DNA from: Piedraia hortae CBS 480.64
Taxonomy: Eukaryota
Reading direction: 5' to 3'
Assembly: GCA_010093745.1 (NCBI GenBank)
Contig: MU005966.1
Location: 1-64,000 of the forward strand
Length of the DNA: 64,000 nt
This document shows positions 1-12,585 of this stretch, piece by piece. Numbering within the stretch: position 1 is the first letter of the stretch; every line of letters starts with the position of its first letter. The notes beneath the pieces are model-generated. The model had not been told where the DNA came from and did not search any database. It was given only the letters and a program-made list of their open reading frames with translations. Both the position numbers and the translations under genes were made by a program.

Positions 1-310
1 CAAGGTCTTGTCTGTTGCCAGGCTCAGAGCGCCCTGCAAGTCAGCGTTCCATGCCTCGAATGGCGTTCCAGCCTTGAGAATGACAGCTCTTTTTCTTTCG
101 TAGCTCATGGTCTCTGGAAGCTCCGCTTTCGCTTCGAGACTCAATTTGAATAGCGCTTGTTAGCGGTAGAGCCCGGGCTCATAACCTATTATAATTGTGA
201 GCAGATGTGTACCTGCATACAAATCTCTACGGAAAACTAGTTGACGCGTGAAGTCGAGAGCCGAGCGACGGTTACTAATAATGCGCGTAATATACCGCAT
301 ATTCACAACA
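1..310 (-). mobile_element. 5' end of a Ty1/copia element: short LTR (187-310), half-tRNA-iMet PBS (175-186) and start of gag (ATG 108), running off the window
   Basis: Minus strand reads TGTTGTG...TATAATA (decayed CACAACA), immediately followed by GGTTATGAGCCC, the complement of the tRNA-iMet anticodon arm used by Ty5/copia-type elements. Then MSYERKRAVILKAGTPFEAWNADLQGAL, which resembles a copia Gag N-terminus. Confidence 0.6.
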
Positions 311-503
311 GTTCTGTATTCCGTCTTAGGTATAACATCGTAGATATCTGTTGTCGTGGGTGTTCATTATTTTTGAGCTTTCTACAAGTTGGATGGGTGG
401 TTGATGAGTGCTCTTCAGAAAAGATGTCATCCTTCCGGGAGGGAGTTTGAGGGCTGGAGATTTCCCGTGATAGATCCCTTGGGTGTACATAGCGCTCGCC
501 GAG

Positions 504-731
504 TGTTACGGCGAGGCTGTGTGTGCGCGGGACGACCCGCGCCGCCTAAGTGCACAGGGAATTTGATACACCGACGCGCCCTGCTAGTTATTCATAGCTA
601 CGCTCGCTACCACGCGCGAATGAACGGCGCTTCTGGATTGGTTTATAGTATCCTAGCTTTCCAGTAGATAGGAGTCTGGATTGTCCTCGTTGTTGGGACT
701 TATTGAACTTTTTCCTCTGAGCACCGTAACA
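504..731. mobile_element. Solo LTR, family B (228 bp)
   Basis: TGTTACGG...CCGTAACA 8-bp terminal inverted repeat; flanks share CGAG; near-identical to 3963-4190, 31455-31682 and 40937-41164. Confidence 0.9.
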
Positions 732-2125
732 CGAGCTGCTTCGACCCCCTGCGTCTGTGATTTGTCACTTCTATGCCTGCAATGACGACCGAAGTAACTG
801 CAAAGTCCCAGCGACAACGCACGCCGACACCTTCAGTTGCCCGCCCCCCTGGCGGAACGACCAGTCCCATCCAGCTTCCACTGGTTGGGATGCGTTCTTT
901 GACTGCATGCAAACCTCCGGCCCTGCCGCCACTATGGACCGGTCCTGGTGTGCTTATACCTGGCGAGGCTGCATGCTTGCCCTTGGGCGAGCTTTTCTTG
1001 CCCGCCTTTCCGGCCTGCCTCGACAATTCAACATATGATGAGAGGTAGGCCGCTCTCGCGTTCCTGGGCAAACCAGAACGCGTGCGCCAATCTCTGTACG
1101 GGAGTTATAGCCCGGTACACAGGCTAATGACCTAGCTCCTCTAAGCATGAAACCGAACCAACTTAGCGAGATGTTATCAACGTACGTTTTACTTTCTACT
1201 CTAGGTTGGTGGGTGGCTGGAGCGGATGGAGTTTGGCAAATGAGTGAGGGTGGAGGATGGCAATATAAGGTTGGTTGCGCGCTGGTGTTCATGGTGGATG
1301 AGAGACTGGAAGCCTAGGGTAAGGGATCGGCTGGCAGCTACATTGTACATGGTCGAAAGGTTGCTATAATACATAATAGTGTTGAAATCGTGTCAGCAGC
1401 TGCCGCAATGAGCATAACAGACACATCATAACCAGTTCAAGTGCTAACATATTTGTTGCATTGCCGCTTTCCTTTTGAGCGACTTCCAGGAGCAGCTGCT
1501 AGCGCCCCATGTCCTCTAGAAGCCTGACATATAACGAGGGCTCTGATCAAACATTTTCTGGCCCCTTCCCCACGTGCCCTCAAGACTCAGCCTACCATGC
1601 AGAAGTAATTGCCATTGATTCCATTAGTCCAACAGTCTATATAGAGTGGCATAACACAAACATTTCCTTCTCAGTAGCCTCTTTGGCTGCATACTGTGGT
1701 GGAACCCCTTTTTCGTTTGAACTTGACAGACAATGTGGTCGCAGCGATTTAGCCCACAAGCCCGATGTCGAGGAACATGGCCTTATGATTGAAGGAGCAG
1801 AGGACTGGAATCTTCGTTTTGTTCTGGTTATCTTGCTTGATTTTGCTTTGCAGATGGGACTCGAAGCGATGAACAGTACCTGCATAATAAGTTGCGTTGG
1901 TGTTGTGACTAAGCCGACGCTGGTCATGTTGGACTCGCCAAGACCAATCGCACACTTACCCAATTTGGACTAGCTCCTCGGTAGCGCCCAGCACCAAATT
2001 GCCCTACGCACTAAGACAAATGATCTGCAGACGTCGGGGTGGCTAGAGAAAAGGCTGGTGAAGAGGTTGGAAAGAGGTTGGGCTTCTCAACGGAAGGCTG
2101 GGAGGCATCGGAGTTTAGTGTATAT

Positions 2126-2486
2126 TGGAGGTATTTAGCTCTCGTGGGTGAGAGTGCACAGCGACCCGAAGAGGGCGGAGCGATAGACGGAAACAGGGAC
2201 AGGAAAGATGTAGATGTATGTAAGTCAAAAATACCAGTTGCAGTATGGTAGTGTGAATTGACTATCTTTAATAAGGGGACGTTCAGAATGAAAATTCTGT
2301 TCCGGTGGGCCGGTGACGTCACGTCGTACACTAGCGGGCGTATTCACCATGTCACATATGACATGACCCTGAGGGAAAACCTCTGTGAGGCAAAAACCTA
2401 GGGTGCAGCTGGTAGTGTAGGAGGTATCGCTGACTTGCTATGCAAGTGCCCTGCATACGCGCTAGCGACGATGCTTGAATCCAACA
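2126..2486. mobile_element. Solo LTR, family A (361 bp)
   Basis: TG...CCAACA termini, perfect TSD TATAT (2121-2125/2487-2491); near-identical to 14417-14776. Confidence 0.92.
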
Positions 2487-3962
2487 TATATAAAGTCAGC
2501 CCTTGAGAGGAAGAGAGAGCGACTTACAATTTATCTTTTTACCCTCCTCCACAGTCGCCCAATCTTTCTATTCAAAACACCATAACATGCCACAAACAGA
2601 TGGAAAGCAGGGTAAGCCCCACCTTGCGAGGCAAACACCGCCTCCTTTTCCCTCAACCGCAAATAACTTTTGAACCTCTTTTGTGGAGTTTGCGACTGCT
2701 GGAGACCGACATATAATCAGCCGACCGCCCGCAAACCATCATCTCGACTGGTTGAAATACATTGTCTTAGGCGATGCGCGGCTCGATGAGCTTGTCTGGA
2801 CGGCAAAGCACGGTGTCCAATGTGACTCAGGTGTGAGAGAGGCAGACGGCAGGGGAAAGAGGAAACACCGATCCTATTAGCCGGGCAAGGATCAGATTAT
2901 AGATGGATTCCAGACTAAACGCGCCACTTTGACGCCACCTGCCCTCTATTCTACTCCTTTTGAGAGCCCTGAATTGTACGCCAATGGGCGCCATTCCTGA
3001 CCATCCGCTCTGTGGCAATTTCTTGACCCCATGCTCAGGTCGCAGATTCAGGATATCCCTTTGCCGGCGCAGGCGTTGCCTGATCGGAGGTCAGCATACA
3101 CAGTCAAGGTAGCGACAAATCTAAGAAACTGCTACTTGAACTCTGCGCCTCGAAACCTCTAGGGTGTTTTTGCGTGCTTCTCCAGTTCATCTATCCTTGC
3201 GGGAGGCATGAGACGATTCAATCGTCCGATAAATCCCACGGAAAAGAACACATGAGAGTTTTCCGGGGACGAGACAGGCCAAACGAATGAATTGACAAAG
3301 GGTGGAGCCAAAGAAAAAGAAGTTTGGAGCAGTAAAGAAACGAATGGATCATGCCACCGGGAAAAAAGATCAGGACGGAAGGGCGAGACGTGAGAGGATC
3401 CAAGCATTCTCCCTGCTGACAAAATATACGCTGTGCGCGCCAGAGCACCACTCATCTCGGTATAAACATGAACGCCTGCTTAGACCAATGGATTACCTCG
3501 AGAAATTAGCAGAAAGGGAACAAGCCCCTGGCCTCGGCGCCTTTTTTTCTCGATTCCCCACGGCTGCATCAGAAACGACTGCGGTGGATCGAAAAGGTTT
3601 GGGCGAGACACAATTCTGCAGCTATCCAGGAGAGTATCGACTACCATATATCCGGTAACATGTCTTTGTGGGTTCGGTTTGGCGACTGTGTTTCCAAGTG
3701 GTTGTCATTATTCCGCAAACATCTTGACGCAATAGCTCATACCAGGGATAAATGCTTATTGGCATCAGATCTCAGACATCCCAAGCTGTGGACAACCATA
3801 AGCGAGGAGGTCAATGACAATAAACCTATTACTGGGCGCGCAGTTGATTACAGCAACTAGACTTGGACAGAGAATTCTGTTTGAGTCATTCACAACTGGG
3901 CCCAAAGGAATTATATTTGCCGCAATGGTGTGCTAAAACTCGTTAATGAAATAGACTGGGGG

Positions 3963-4190
3963 TGTTACGGTGCTCAGAGGAAAAGTTCAATATGTCCCAA
4001 CAACGAGGACAATCCAAACGCTATCTACTGGAAAGCTAGGATACTATAAACCAATCCAGAAGCGCCGTTCATTCGTGCGTGGTAGCGAGCGTAGCTATGA
4101 ATAACTAGCAGGGCGCGTCGGTGTATCAAATTCCCTGTGCGCTTAGGCGGCGCGGGTCGTCCCGCGCACACACATCGCCTCGCCGTAATA
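3963..4190. mobile_element. Solo LTR, family B (inverted relative to 504-731)
   Basis: Reverse complement of 504-731; termini TGTTACGG...CCGTAATA; flanks GGGGG/GAGGG (4/5). Confidence 0.9.
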
Positions 4191-4490
4191 GAGGGTACTT
4201 GCGGGAAATATCGAATGACATCGCATTTCTTAAAGACACCAACACGCCAACTGATATGACATTAAACATACTTAAAGTGATCGGGCACATTAGCAAGGAA
4301 TATAGAATTGCTAGCGATGAAGCGAAGAAGCCGGTTGACTCATAACCTACTTTGAGTATGTATTCAATCTACACGTGGCTATTCGATCATCGCGTGGAAA
4401 ACATTACAGACAGTAGTATCTTACGAACCCAAATTCTAGGCGTAAGTTCTCTTATCTTTCCTTTTGGGCCCAAAGGTTCTCAGAATAATG

Positions 4491-5442
4491 TCAACCGTCG
4501 ACGCGCCTCCGTTTCGCTGCTTTCAGTTCCGAATTCTTCCATCGCTCCTTGGGGAGCCACGCCCTCTCATTGGCCCAGCTTGCATGATAGAGGTATCGAT
4601 CGCGCATAAGCAGCAAGATCCTTTCATGCTGTTCCACAACCTCACAATTCCCGAACGTTATCAGCAATTCCCTGAGATCCATGTTCAGCTGGGCCGCAAG
4701 CTCACACCACTTTCCCTGGCCAATGTACGGCCTGATATTTTCCGGCATCTGACTAGACCTCTCCATCCAGGCCCTCGTCAAATCCCTAAGATTTTGGACA
4801 TTCATGCCCAGGACGAGGTCTGCTGCAGTGCCATACAACGTAATGCTGATCCAGTCATAAGCCTTTAATCGCTCCTTTTTTTATATTTCCATCCAATCCT
4901 AAGTCTGTGTCGGGCCCCTTGGCCCTCTCAACCTCTCTCAGCGTCGCCTGAACTTCCTGCTTACCTTTCCCAACGTAACGTCCATAATTTCTCGAAAACT
5001 CAAGCTTTCTCAGCATGCTGTGATGCATAAGAATGTCATGGTTGTCTCAAGAGGTAGTGACAAAGCTACCCACGCGGGCGTCATGCGCCTTGTCCACGGC
5101 CTGAACGACAGCTATGGTGGCCCGCTTAGCAGGTCTGTCCATTTCCTCTGTGGCATTGAGGGCTTTCTCGTACGCATCCTTGTAAAAGCCCAAGAAGAGC
5201 TCTGTGCGAGTAACCATAGGCTCTTTGATCTTCGCATTGATGTAACGCAATCCCAGCTCCAAGCGGTTTGCGTTGTAGTCCTCCAAATTCGGTTCAGGCA
5301 GGGAATAATCGCAGATGTGGCTCCTAACGCGTCGGCTTACGAAAGCGGTTGCGGATGGTGGCCAAGTGCAATCGCGCACGTGCAGCATCTAGCGCACCTT
5401 TTCCGCGCACTCTTCGGACACTTTGTCGCGGATTAATTCCAT
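4491..5442 (-). pseudogene. Disrupted ORF of unknown function
   Basis: ATG 5442 MELIRDKVSEECAEKVR*MLHVRD... continues in frame through a TAG and a TGA (5047); a further protein-like segment lies at 4491-4838. No recognisable domain. Confidence 0.35.
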
Positions 5443-5806
5443 CGTATTGATTGTAGAAACGAGCTAGAATAAAGGAGGCGTAATGTGGTCATTGGCCACG
5501 AAGATTTGTAAGCGTGCTACGCTTTGCGACCAGAGAGTTTGGAGGGCAGGACCTGACTAAATAAACCCCATACGAACTCACCTTCTGCAACGTTTGTGGA
5601 TCGGGCTCCAAGGAAAATAAAACAAATCCATTGTGCTAGAAAGGCAATACAGCCCTGGAAGTAAACCCATTCACCCACCCGACTTCACCAACGCGCAACA
5701 AACAACTTCACATGGATGGACAACGCGAAAATGGAACAACACACGCGATCCATATTTTGATCCGCTCAACATCTCATCCTCACTCTCTTCCCAAACACAA
5801 TCCAAC

Positions 5807-6481
5807 ATGGATGGCTACGATCCCAACGACTACACTGAGGATATATTCATTCAACGTGAGACGCTCGCTGATCGTTGGCCTGAGCTATCTCCATGGGAGC
5901 GCTGCCTAATGTTCGTTCTCGGCCAACATCCGGTCACGAAATATCCAAAGGAGATAATAACGTGGATCAAAGAGGTCGTGGAACGCTACTTGTACATCGC
6001 GGCGACAGTTATCCCCACTATCGTCTTCACGCCGAAAGTGTGCAAGGAGTATGCTCTGTTCAAGCGCCAGGTGCTGGCGTGGACCAAGGGATCCGTTGAT
6101 CCGGAAGAGGACGAGGTTGAACGATTCCGTATCTCGGAAAGGGTGCCCGGTCTCTTGGTGGCGTTGGATGATGCCTTTGTCGCGCTGCATCAGTTGAGAA
6201 TGGAGAAGAAGGCGGATCTAAAGCTGGCGCTGAAGGTGGACAAAGGTGGAAAGTGGTTTGATCCTAAGCAGGCTTGCGGTGAAGAGAATAGCGCTCCGCC
6301 CTCCCACCCCTCAGCTTCTGGCAATCTGGAAATGATCTCATCTTCGCCCCCGAATCCCCCGCCGCCGCCACCGCCAACGCCTACCGGCGAGACGAAGCAC
6401 ATTGCAGAAGTCAAGCTGGCGGGCTGGAAGAAAGCGGTTGTTGAACTTGTAGCGATGCTCCTAGAGGCAAGACCGTTTTGA
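5807..6481 (+). CDS. Hypothetical protein (about 224 aa, Pro-rich segment near the C-terminus)
   Basis: Intact intronless ORF with CAACATGG start context and coding-like composition; no family recognised. Confidence 0.55.
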   Translation: MDGYDPNDYTEDIFIQRETLADRWPELSPWERCLMFVLGQHPVTKYPKEIITWIKEVVERYLYIAATVIPTIVFTPKVCKEYALFKRQVLAWTKGSVDPEEDEVERFRISERVPGLLVALDDAFVALHQLRMEKKADLKLALKVDKGGKWFDPKQACGEENSAPPSHPSASGNLEMISSSPPNPPPPPPPTPTGETKHIAEVKLAGWKKAVVELVAMLLEARPF

Positions 6482-7097
6482 CTGAGGATGCCCCATATGA
6501 TCGCTGACTCGGCTTAGGGTGAGAGTATCGATGCCAAAGAAAAGGACAAACTGGTTGTTAAGATGGTAAGTAGGACTATACTTTCTGCTTCCGATGTTAT
6601 CCGGGAAAATGCTGATTGAGATAGCCGGACAACGAGGCCATGCTCCAGTCTCTTGACCTTGAATACAATGTGCCTGAAATGGAAGACTTCACAGGCAAGA
6701 TACCTCCTGACCTGTGCCATGCGGTTGCCGCCGAGGTAAGTGCCTTCCTGCTGATTTGTTTTGACTAACATTCCCTTAGCTTAATGTCGATCTTCGTCCT
6801 GCTATCTGTGACGATCCAGACATGTTCTTCGAGGGCCTTTACGACGACTGAAAGAAGTGCAGATCGTGTAATCAAATGTGACTCGTGTAACTTTCGTTTC
6901 TGTTGTTGTTGTTGACTAAGTTGTCTATCTATTCCAGTGCTAAGCTGTGATCAATATACGGATGGTCCACATCTCAAGGATACAAAGTCCTGGCTTACGA
7001 TAGTCGCTCTTTATTAAAAGCACAACACATGAGCGGGGCAGAGTGGTGATCTTGTCAGAGGCCCCAATCGACAATTTCATTACTAAAGAGTCGTGCA

Positions 7098-7473
7098 TGT
7101 TGGCATGAAGTCTCGTTGCTATCAGTGTACGATGCCACTGCGCGACACCTCTTACACCAGCAGCTGCACCCTAGGTTTTGTCCTCACAGAGGTTTCCCTC
7201 AGGGTCATGTCGCATGCGACATGGTGAATGCGCCCTGCTACTGTTATGAGGTGAGTCATGGAGTAAGACTGCATGCTGACAGTCTTACTGCATGTATGAC
7301 CACTTGCTTATGGTCATACAATTGATGACTCTTCATACGAGGCTACGCACGGGCCTTCCAGCCCAGAATATATTCTCTGATGTTCCCTCGAAGATATACT
7401 TGTATTCACTCATAAAACACATCTCTACTTTCCATCCATCGTTCTCACTCATACATACTATCTGTCTTCGTCA
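7098..7473. mobile_element. Solo LTR, family C (376 bp)
   Basis: TGTTGG...TCA termini, perfect TSD GTGCA; homologous to 39101-39471 and 60955-61324. Confidence 0.92.
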
Positions 7474-7479
7474 GTGCAT

Positions 7480-8600
7480 ACTAAATTCTAACTATCCTTG
7501 CCGACAAACTCAGTACTATAATCTTGGTACCGAAACATTCTTTGATAGCCCTGTTAAGAAATCCATTCAATGTTGGTTTGGTAAACGTGACAGTGGCACA
7601 TCTGCCTCGATATGCAGTCCATAGTGTAGACCCTGTGTTTGAACCCGCATCCTGTAGAGCACAAAAATGGCAGGTAGTGCATGCACGATAAATAAATCGA
7701 CAATCAGAGAATCTGCTGTATGAAATTCTTTGATTGGTCGATACCTTTCCAGCTTCCATTGTCACGGCATGACTGGTTCAGTAGCCCCGTCTGGTCCAGA
7801 TGCATGAAGGCGTGTGACATTCCACATATTGCATTAAAGGTCCGATCCTTACAATACATTGGTCGCTATGCATTTGGTTATCATGAACAAACGTCGCATT
7901 AACTTAGATCATCGGCAAACCACGGTGGTACATGGATCCTGTGCAGGTACTTTGATCTTGCCGGCTGCTTGAATAATTTGATCAGGCGGTGCGAGCGACA
8001 AACGATGCACTCCTTCAAGTTCAGGATTGGCAATCTCTCCGGGTCGTTTTTGGGCCCATCAAAGAGGTTGTTTCCGAGCTTGACATTGTAAATCTGTGCT
8101 GATGCTGTTCGTATGTTGGTGTTAGAAAAGATAGTCCTCGATTCACGGTCTTACACTCTCATCCAGGCTCTTCTAAATATCTAATGTCTCTCGATGGTGC
8201 GCAGCGCTTACATGTATGGCTACATTCAATCCCATCGAAGTTTTTGATTGTTCGCCGGCTTCAGTAAGCAACGTCGAATCCACTAGAATCGGTCTTTTCA
8301 CAACAAGCAGCCTTACCTTCCACCAAAATTTTCAAAACCAGCCACCACTCGAGAATACGGAAAGCAAATTTACCGGAAACAGATGCATTTACCCAGCTGG
8401 TCGCGCCCTGACGGTCTCATAAAACTTTTTTGACCAGAATGCTGGAGAGCGTGTGTTCCCAAGTTTGGATCCTCGACGTAGGCTTTGCTGCTAATAGGAT
8501 CATTGCTCGTGTATTGTGAGACCGAAGGCTCATTGTGAGAAGCACATAGACGGCCCATAAAGTGGCAGAACCGTGTGTAGGTTAACTAAGAAACACCAAG
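7480..8600 (-). mobile_element. Highly degenerate Ty3/gypsy pol (RNase H/integrase) remnant
   Basis: Minus-strand fragments CHFC...YGLHI...MDFLTGLS resemble the gypsy integrase CxxC / MDFITGLP region; many stops. Boundaries approximate. Confidence 0.45.
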
Positions 8601-9069
8601 ACAGCTCATTAAGTGGCCGAGGTGGAGGTTTACTGGCTGGAAAACATGCATCCCTACCACTGCAAGAGTGTATGGGACTGGTCACCCGCGTCTGGCATCA
8701 GAAGACAGGCGGGAGCGACTGGAGACTTTGGACGCATTAAGATGCGGAAGATCGTGCGTTTCTCCGTTATTCATTTGACCGCCCTTGCCGTCAAAATTCA
8801 AAAACCTCGGCGCTGGCTTTCGAACTTTACTTGCTCTTGGGCACAAAGTTCGTTGGCGGAAAAGCGGACGCGGGCTTAATTGCTGCTAGGGGTAGGTGCG
8901 CGATGCGAAGGCCTGTCATCACTGCTAGCAATTGATCATAGTCGAGGAGCGTGGCTAAGCGCGCATTGTGGTAGTTCGCAAAGTGCGCTGGTGGTGGGCT
9001 GTGATATGTATGACGCTGAGCGGAAACGGGCCGGGCGTGAGTCAATCTTACTTTTTCGATGAGACAACT

Positions 9070-9370
9070 TGTCAGAAGGATGTGGCACCTACCATGGCCA
9101 GAACCTTACATAGAAGTCGAAATTTCTCAGGAATTTTATCTCTATAGAGGAAGTTTCTTCTGAGACGGGTCATTGTTTCGTTTAAAGAGCATGGTTCGCT
9201 GACCTTGTCCTGGCGAATGCGGTTAGACTGAGGTAGTGTGGGGAAGAGTTCAAACCTCACCTCACATAGATATAGATATCGACATTCACATTTTCAGTCA
9301 AATGTTGAGTGAAAACATTTGCCGTCAATATTCGCTCCCCTTTAGTCCTCGGAGGTTCACCTCTCCGTCA
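9070..9370. mobile_element. Solo LTR, family D (301 bp)
   Basis: TGTCAGAAGG...CTCCGTCA termini, perfect TSD CAACT; homologous (inverted) to 34393-34696. Confidence 0.88.
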
Positions 9371-11599
9371 CAACTCCTTGGTCATACTTATTCATAACAC
9401 TGATGTCTAACTAGACTCTTGACCTGCTTGACTGAACGAGCCCTAGCTAACGCACGCCCAGATTGCCATCATTCCGATCCCTCATGCTTTAATCTCCAGA
9501 ATGTCCGTCGCTAATGATGGCTGCACTTCAAATCATCGTCATGAGACTATCATTGTCAAACGGGTCCAGGCATTTTCTGCCAAATGGGAATCGGAGTGCC
9601 TGCTTAGTGTTCGCTTTTAAGCAGCCGATACCTCCCGTTACTCGCTTCTTTGCGGTGCGACCGGCCCCATCCAACTCATGCTGGTTGGGATGCATTTCTG
9701 TTCTCAAGTATACCAACGTCCATGGGCTTCAATGGGCCGCCTTGATGTTATACTCCTCTGTCAACGAGGTCCACTCTCTCTTGCTTTTTGATGAGACGTG
9801 CCTGCCTCTAGTTCCGTCTTAGCACAGGGACTGAGGAATCTGCAAAGTACAAATCGCACCAGCCTGAAAAGCATGAATGTGTTCGACAAGTGCTGTACGG
9901 AAAGCAGGCTCCGGCGTACAGATCGGTGCATTACTGGTAAGTTTAGATATTTCTTTCGAGCCTCAGCGACATCTTTCAGTGTAACGATGAAGGTACATCT
10001 TTCTCTCTGTTGATGAGCTGAAAATGGACCCCAGCTTGGTCTGGAATGTTCTTAACAGAGAAATTGCATATGGTGTTTGAGGTAGATTCGTTTCATAGAG
10101 AAGACATAGTTTACAAGTTGGGTATAAACATGATTGCTGGATTTTCAACTGCTTTGTTATCCCACTTTATGATTTAGGCAGACTTCTAATCGATCTCATT
10201 CTCTTGTCACTAAATCTTTGATCGGGCTCCTTACTTCTCTTTCAAAAAAAAAAAAAAAAAAACAAGTAAAAATGACTTACCGGAACATTAGGTTAGAGGT
10301 CCAGCCAGTCGCCGTGCTGACCGGGCGTGCAAGTCCGTATGACAGCAATTGCACGCTGCACAGAACAGTCACCTTCGCTTTCTGGCCTCCTCCCCAAGCA
10401 AGCGACACAATCTCATCTGTTACGATGGTCCTAATCCTGGTAGGTTGTGAACTGTTCCGGCCGTGGAGCAGTTGTTGGGTGACAAATGGCCCTCAGTGCA
10501 AGAAGAGGACTTCAGCTGTGATAACTCAATGAAGTGCGTTCAAACGAGTTAAATGCTCAATGAGACCCGGACCAGCGTGAGAAAAACGAGCCGGGCGACA
10601 GTGGGTGTTTGCCTTGCTGGTACCCACAAAACGCCGGCTAGGCACTCTTGTCATCATGGTATGACATTGCTCATAACTCCACGGAGCTTAGTGGAAGAGC
10701 TGTCGAGTGCACTTTTCGTCATATTTTCGGGCGCGCAGAGATCGGTTGAGGAGGGGTTGATAGGCGGGCTGAGGCTGGGTGAGGAGCTGAAACACAGTGA
10801 AGACTTTTACTGTGATGCCCTCAGAGAAGGACGGTTAGAGGTAATGGTGGTATCGTAATAGAAAGCTGTGGGGGCAAATATTTGTACACGATTCAGACCG
10901 GACTAAAAAATCCCCACTTACGAATTTGAGTTGCTCGCAAACACTTCGCAGTTAGACACAAAACAGCCAGCACCCAGCAATTCTAAAGCAAACCGCACTT
11001 CAGAGCTGACGCTTTCTCTAGTTACTTGCGTGGCCCTCAGCACCCCGGCTATCAATTCCGCAAGCCATTGTGCTGGCGCAGCAGCACTTCAAAACGTCAA
11101 GGGGGGCCGGGCGGCGTGTCGCCCGCGGCTCCCGGTCCCTAAATATAAATACTCACTGGGCTTGCAACAAAAAGCAGAGTAACCGCTCCGTCGTTCAATG
11201 ACCCGGATGGCCGAAACCTCCAGCAGCCGTACTTTGCGTACGGAGCGACCGGTCCCATTCAGGAACACCCGGTTGGGATGCTTCTATGGAGACGTCAAGC
11301 TTACGGCCTTGCCAGCTTCAGCATTAGCGTGGTTCCTTGGGGCTTTCTTTGGAGCAAGCCCTTTAAGTCCCATCCGATGAAGTCATTTTCTTTGACGAGA
11401 CTGGGGCTGCTATTACCTGGGTCGCCAGCATTTTGCATCGATGACTACTGCGTGAGATAGCAGTCTCGGTCCACAGATTGCAGCTTTTGCTGCCGTTCAA
11501 TCATTTGAAAGGAACTGAAGCGTAAGGCGACTAGTCGGAACGGGTCAATGTCATAGTAAGTTTGATTCTATCATTCCTTTTCCGGGGTTGCTAGGGCGC

Positions 11600-12480
11600 C
11601 AAAACTGTCATGCTGCTAGAGTCAAGAATTTGAATGAGTCGTTCGGTGAGCGATCCGCCTTGGGCGATTTAGAGAGCTTGTCTACAGTCATCTGTACATT
11701 CTGACAACGACTGCACGGTGCATGCTAAAATGTATCCACTTCTATGATGGACATGGAAACCTTCAACATGAAACAAAAGGAAGCGATGGGCAGGCTGGCT
11801 AGGGCCTTTGATCCCTATTGTACGTTGATTTGCCAGATTCTTTGCCAGCCTCAGATTAGCTCTTTCCCGTGAGATGTTCGGAAAAGAGTTTGCCAAGACC
11901 TGTCAAACTGGGTTTGAAAAAATTGATGGATCAATTTGCTTTCGAATTATGAGATATCTCTCCGTCTCCTGCACATCACTTACTTCGGGAGATATATGTA
12001 GCTCTTCGATCAGGGGATAGGAGAGAGTATAATGGGTTTTGAATTTTTCCGAGTAGATAGCAGCAAATCATCCTATCAAATTGTGCATTATCAAATCCCA
12101 GCCAGAGTGGCAGTCTACTATCAAACAAAACTCATCTGTTCTATGTGTTCCTCGAGAGAATCCTTTTGTTTTGGAGTAAGGTAACTCTCTGGCAATAGTC
12201 GAACCCTCACTAACTGGCGAAGCCAGATACGTCTCATTGCTGCCCTTCTCATCTTCTTTCCTGTCCACAGCCTACGAGATGGTGGCTAGTTTCGATCCTT
12301 GCCGTCACTGATAGATTAGTTGTTTCTTGTACATAGTTCCGCCCGCCGGCTCGGGCGGGCAGTCGCGTTGTCTTCCTTTCATCGCTGTTTTCTCTGTCCA
12401 CACCATTGATACAGCCACACTTTCCCAAGGTATCAACGGAACAAGCATCGTTCATGTCAACTTCATTCCTTCTTCCGATC
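11600..12480 (-). mobile_element. Degenerate Ty1/copia integrase remnant
   Basis: Fragments CSVDTLGK, FCLIVDCHSGW and ERANLRL occur in the order of copia CxxCxxGK, FxxIVDDYS and AERxNRTL. Boundaries approximate. Confidence 0.4.
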
Positions 12481-12585
12481 CACGTGACATCCGGCCATGA
12501 ACCGGACGTAGCTCCATCCTTACCTTACAATGAACTAGACCAGACCGGCCACCCGGATTTAGCAAAGATTCAGCCCCCAAAAAGA

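Noticed and set aside
150..230. tRNA-iMet-like sequence GGGCTCATAACC
   Set aside because: No T-arm or acceptor stem; better explained as a retrotransposon primer-binding site on the minus strand.
1400..2100. Possible Mutator-like transposase remnant (SHNTN motif, minus strand)
   Set aside because: A single short motif with no TIR or TSD found; insufficient support.
10244..10262. A19 run as a LINE or retrocopy tail
   Set aside because: No TSD or LINE ORF seen; it could equally be a T-tract in a minus-strand intron (GTAAGT donor near 10280).
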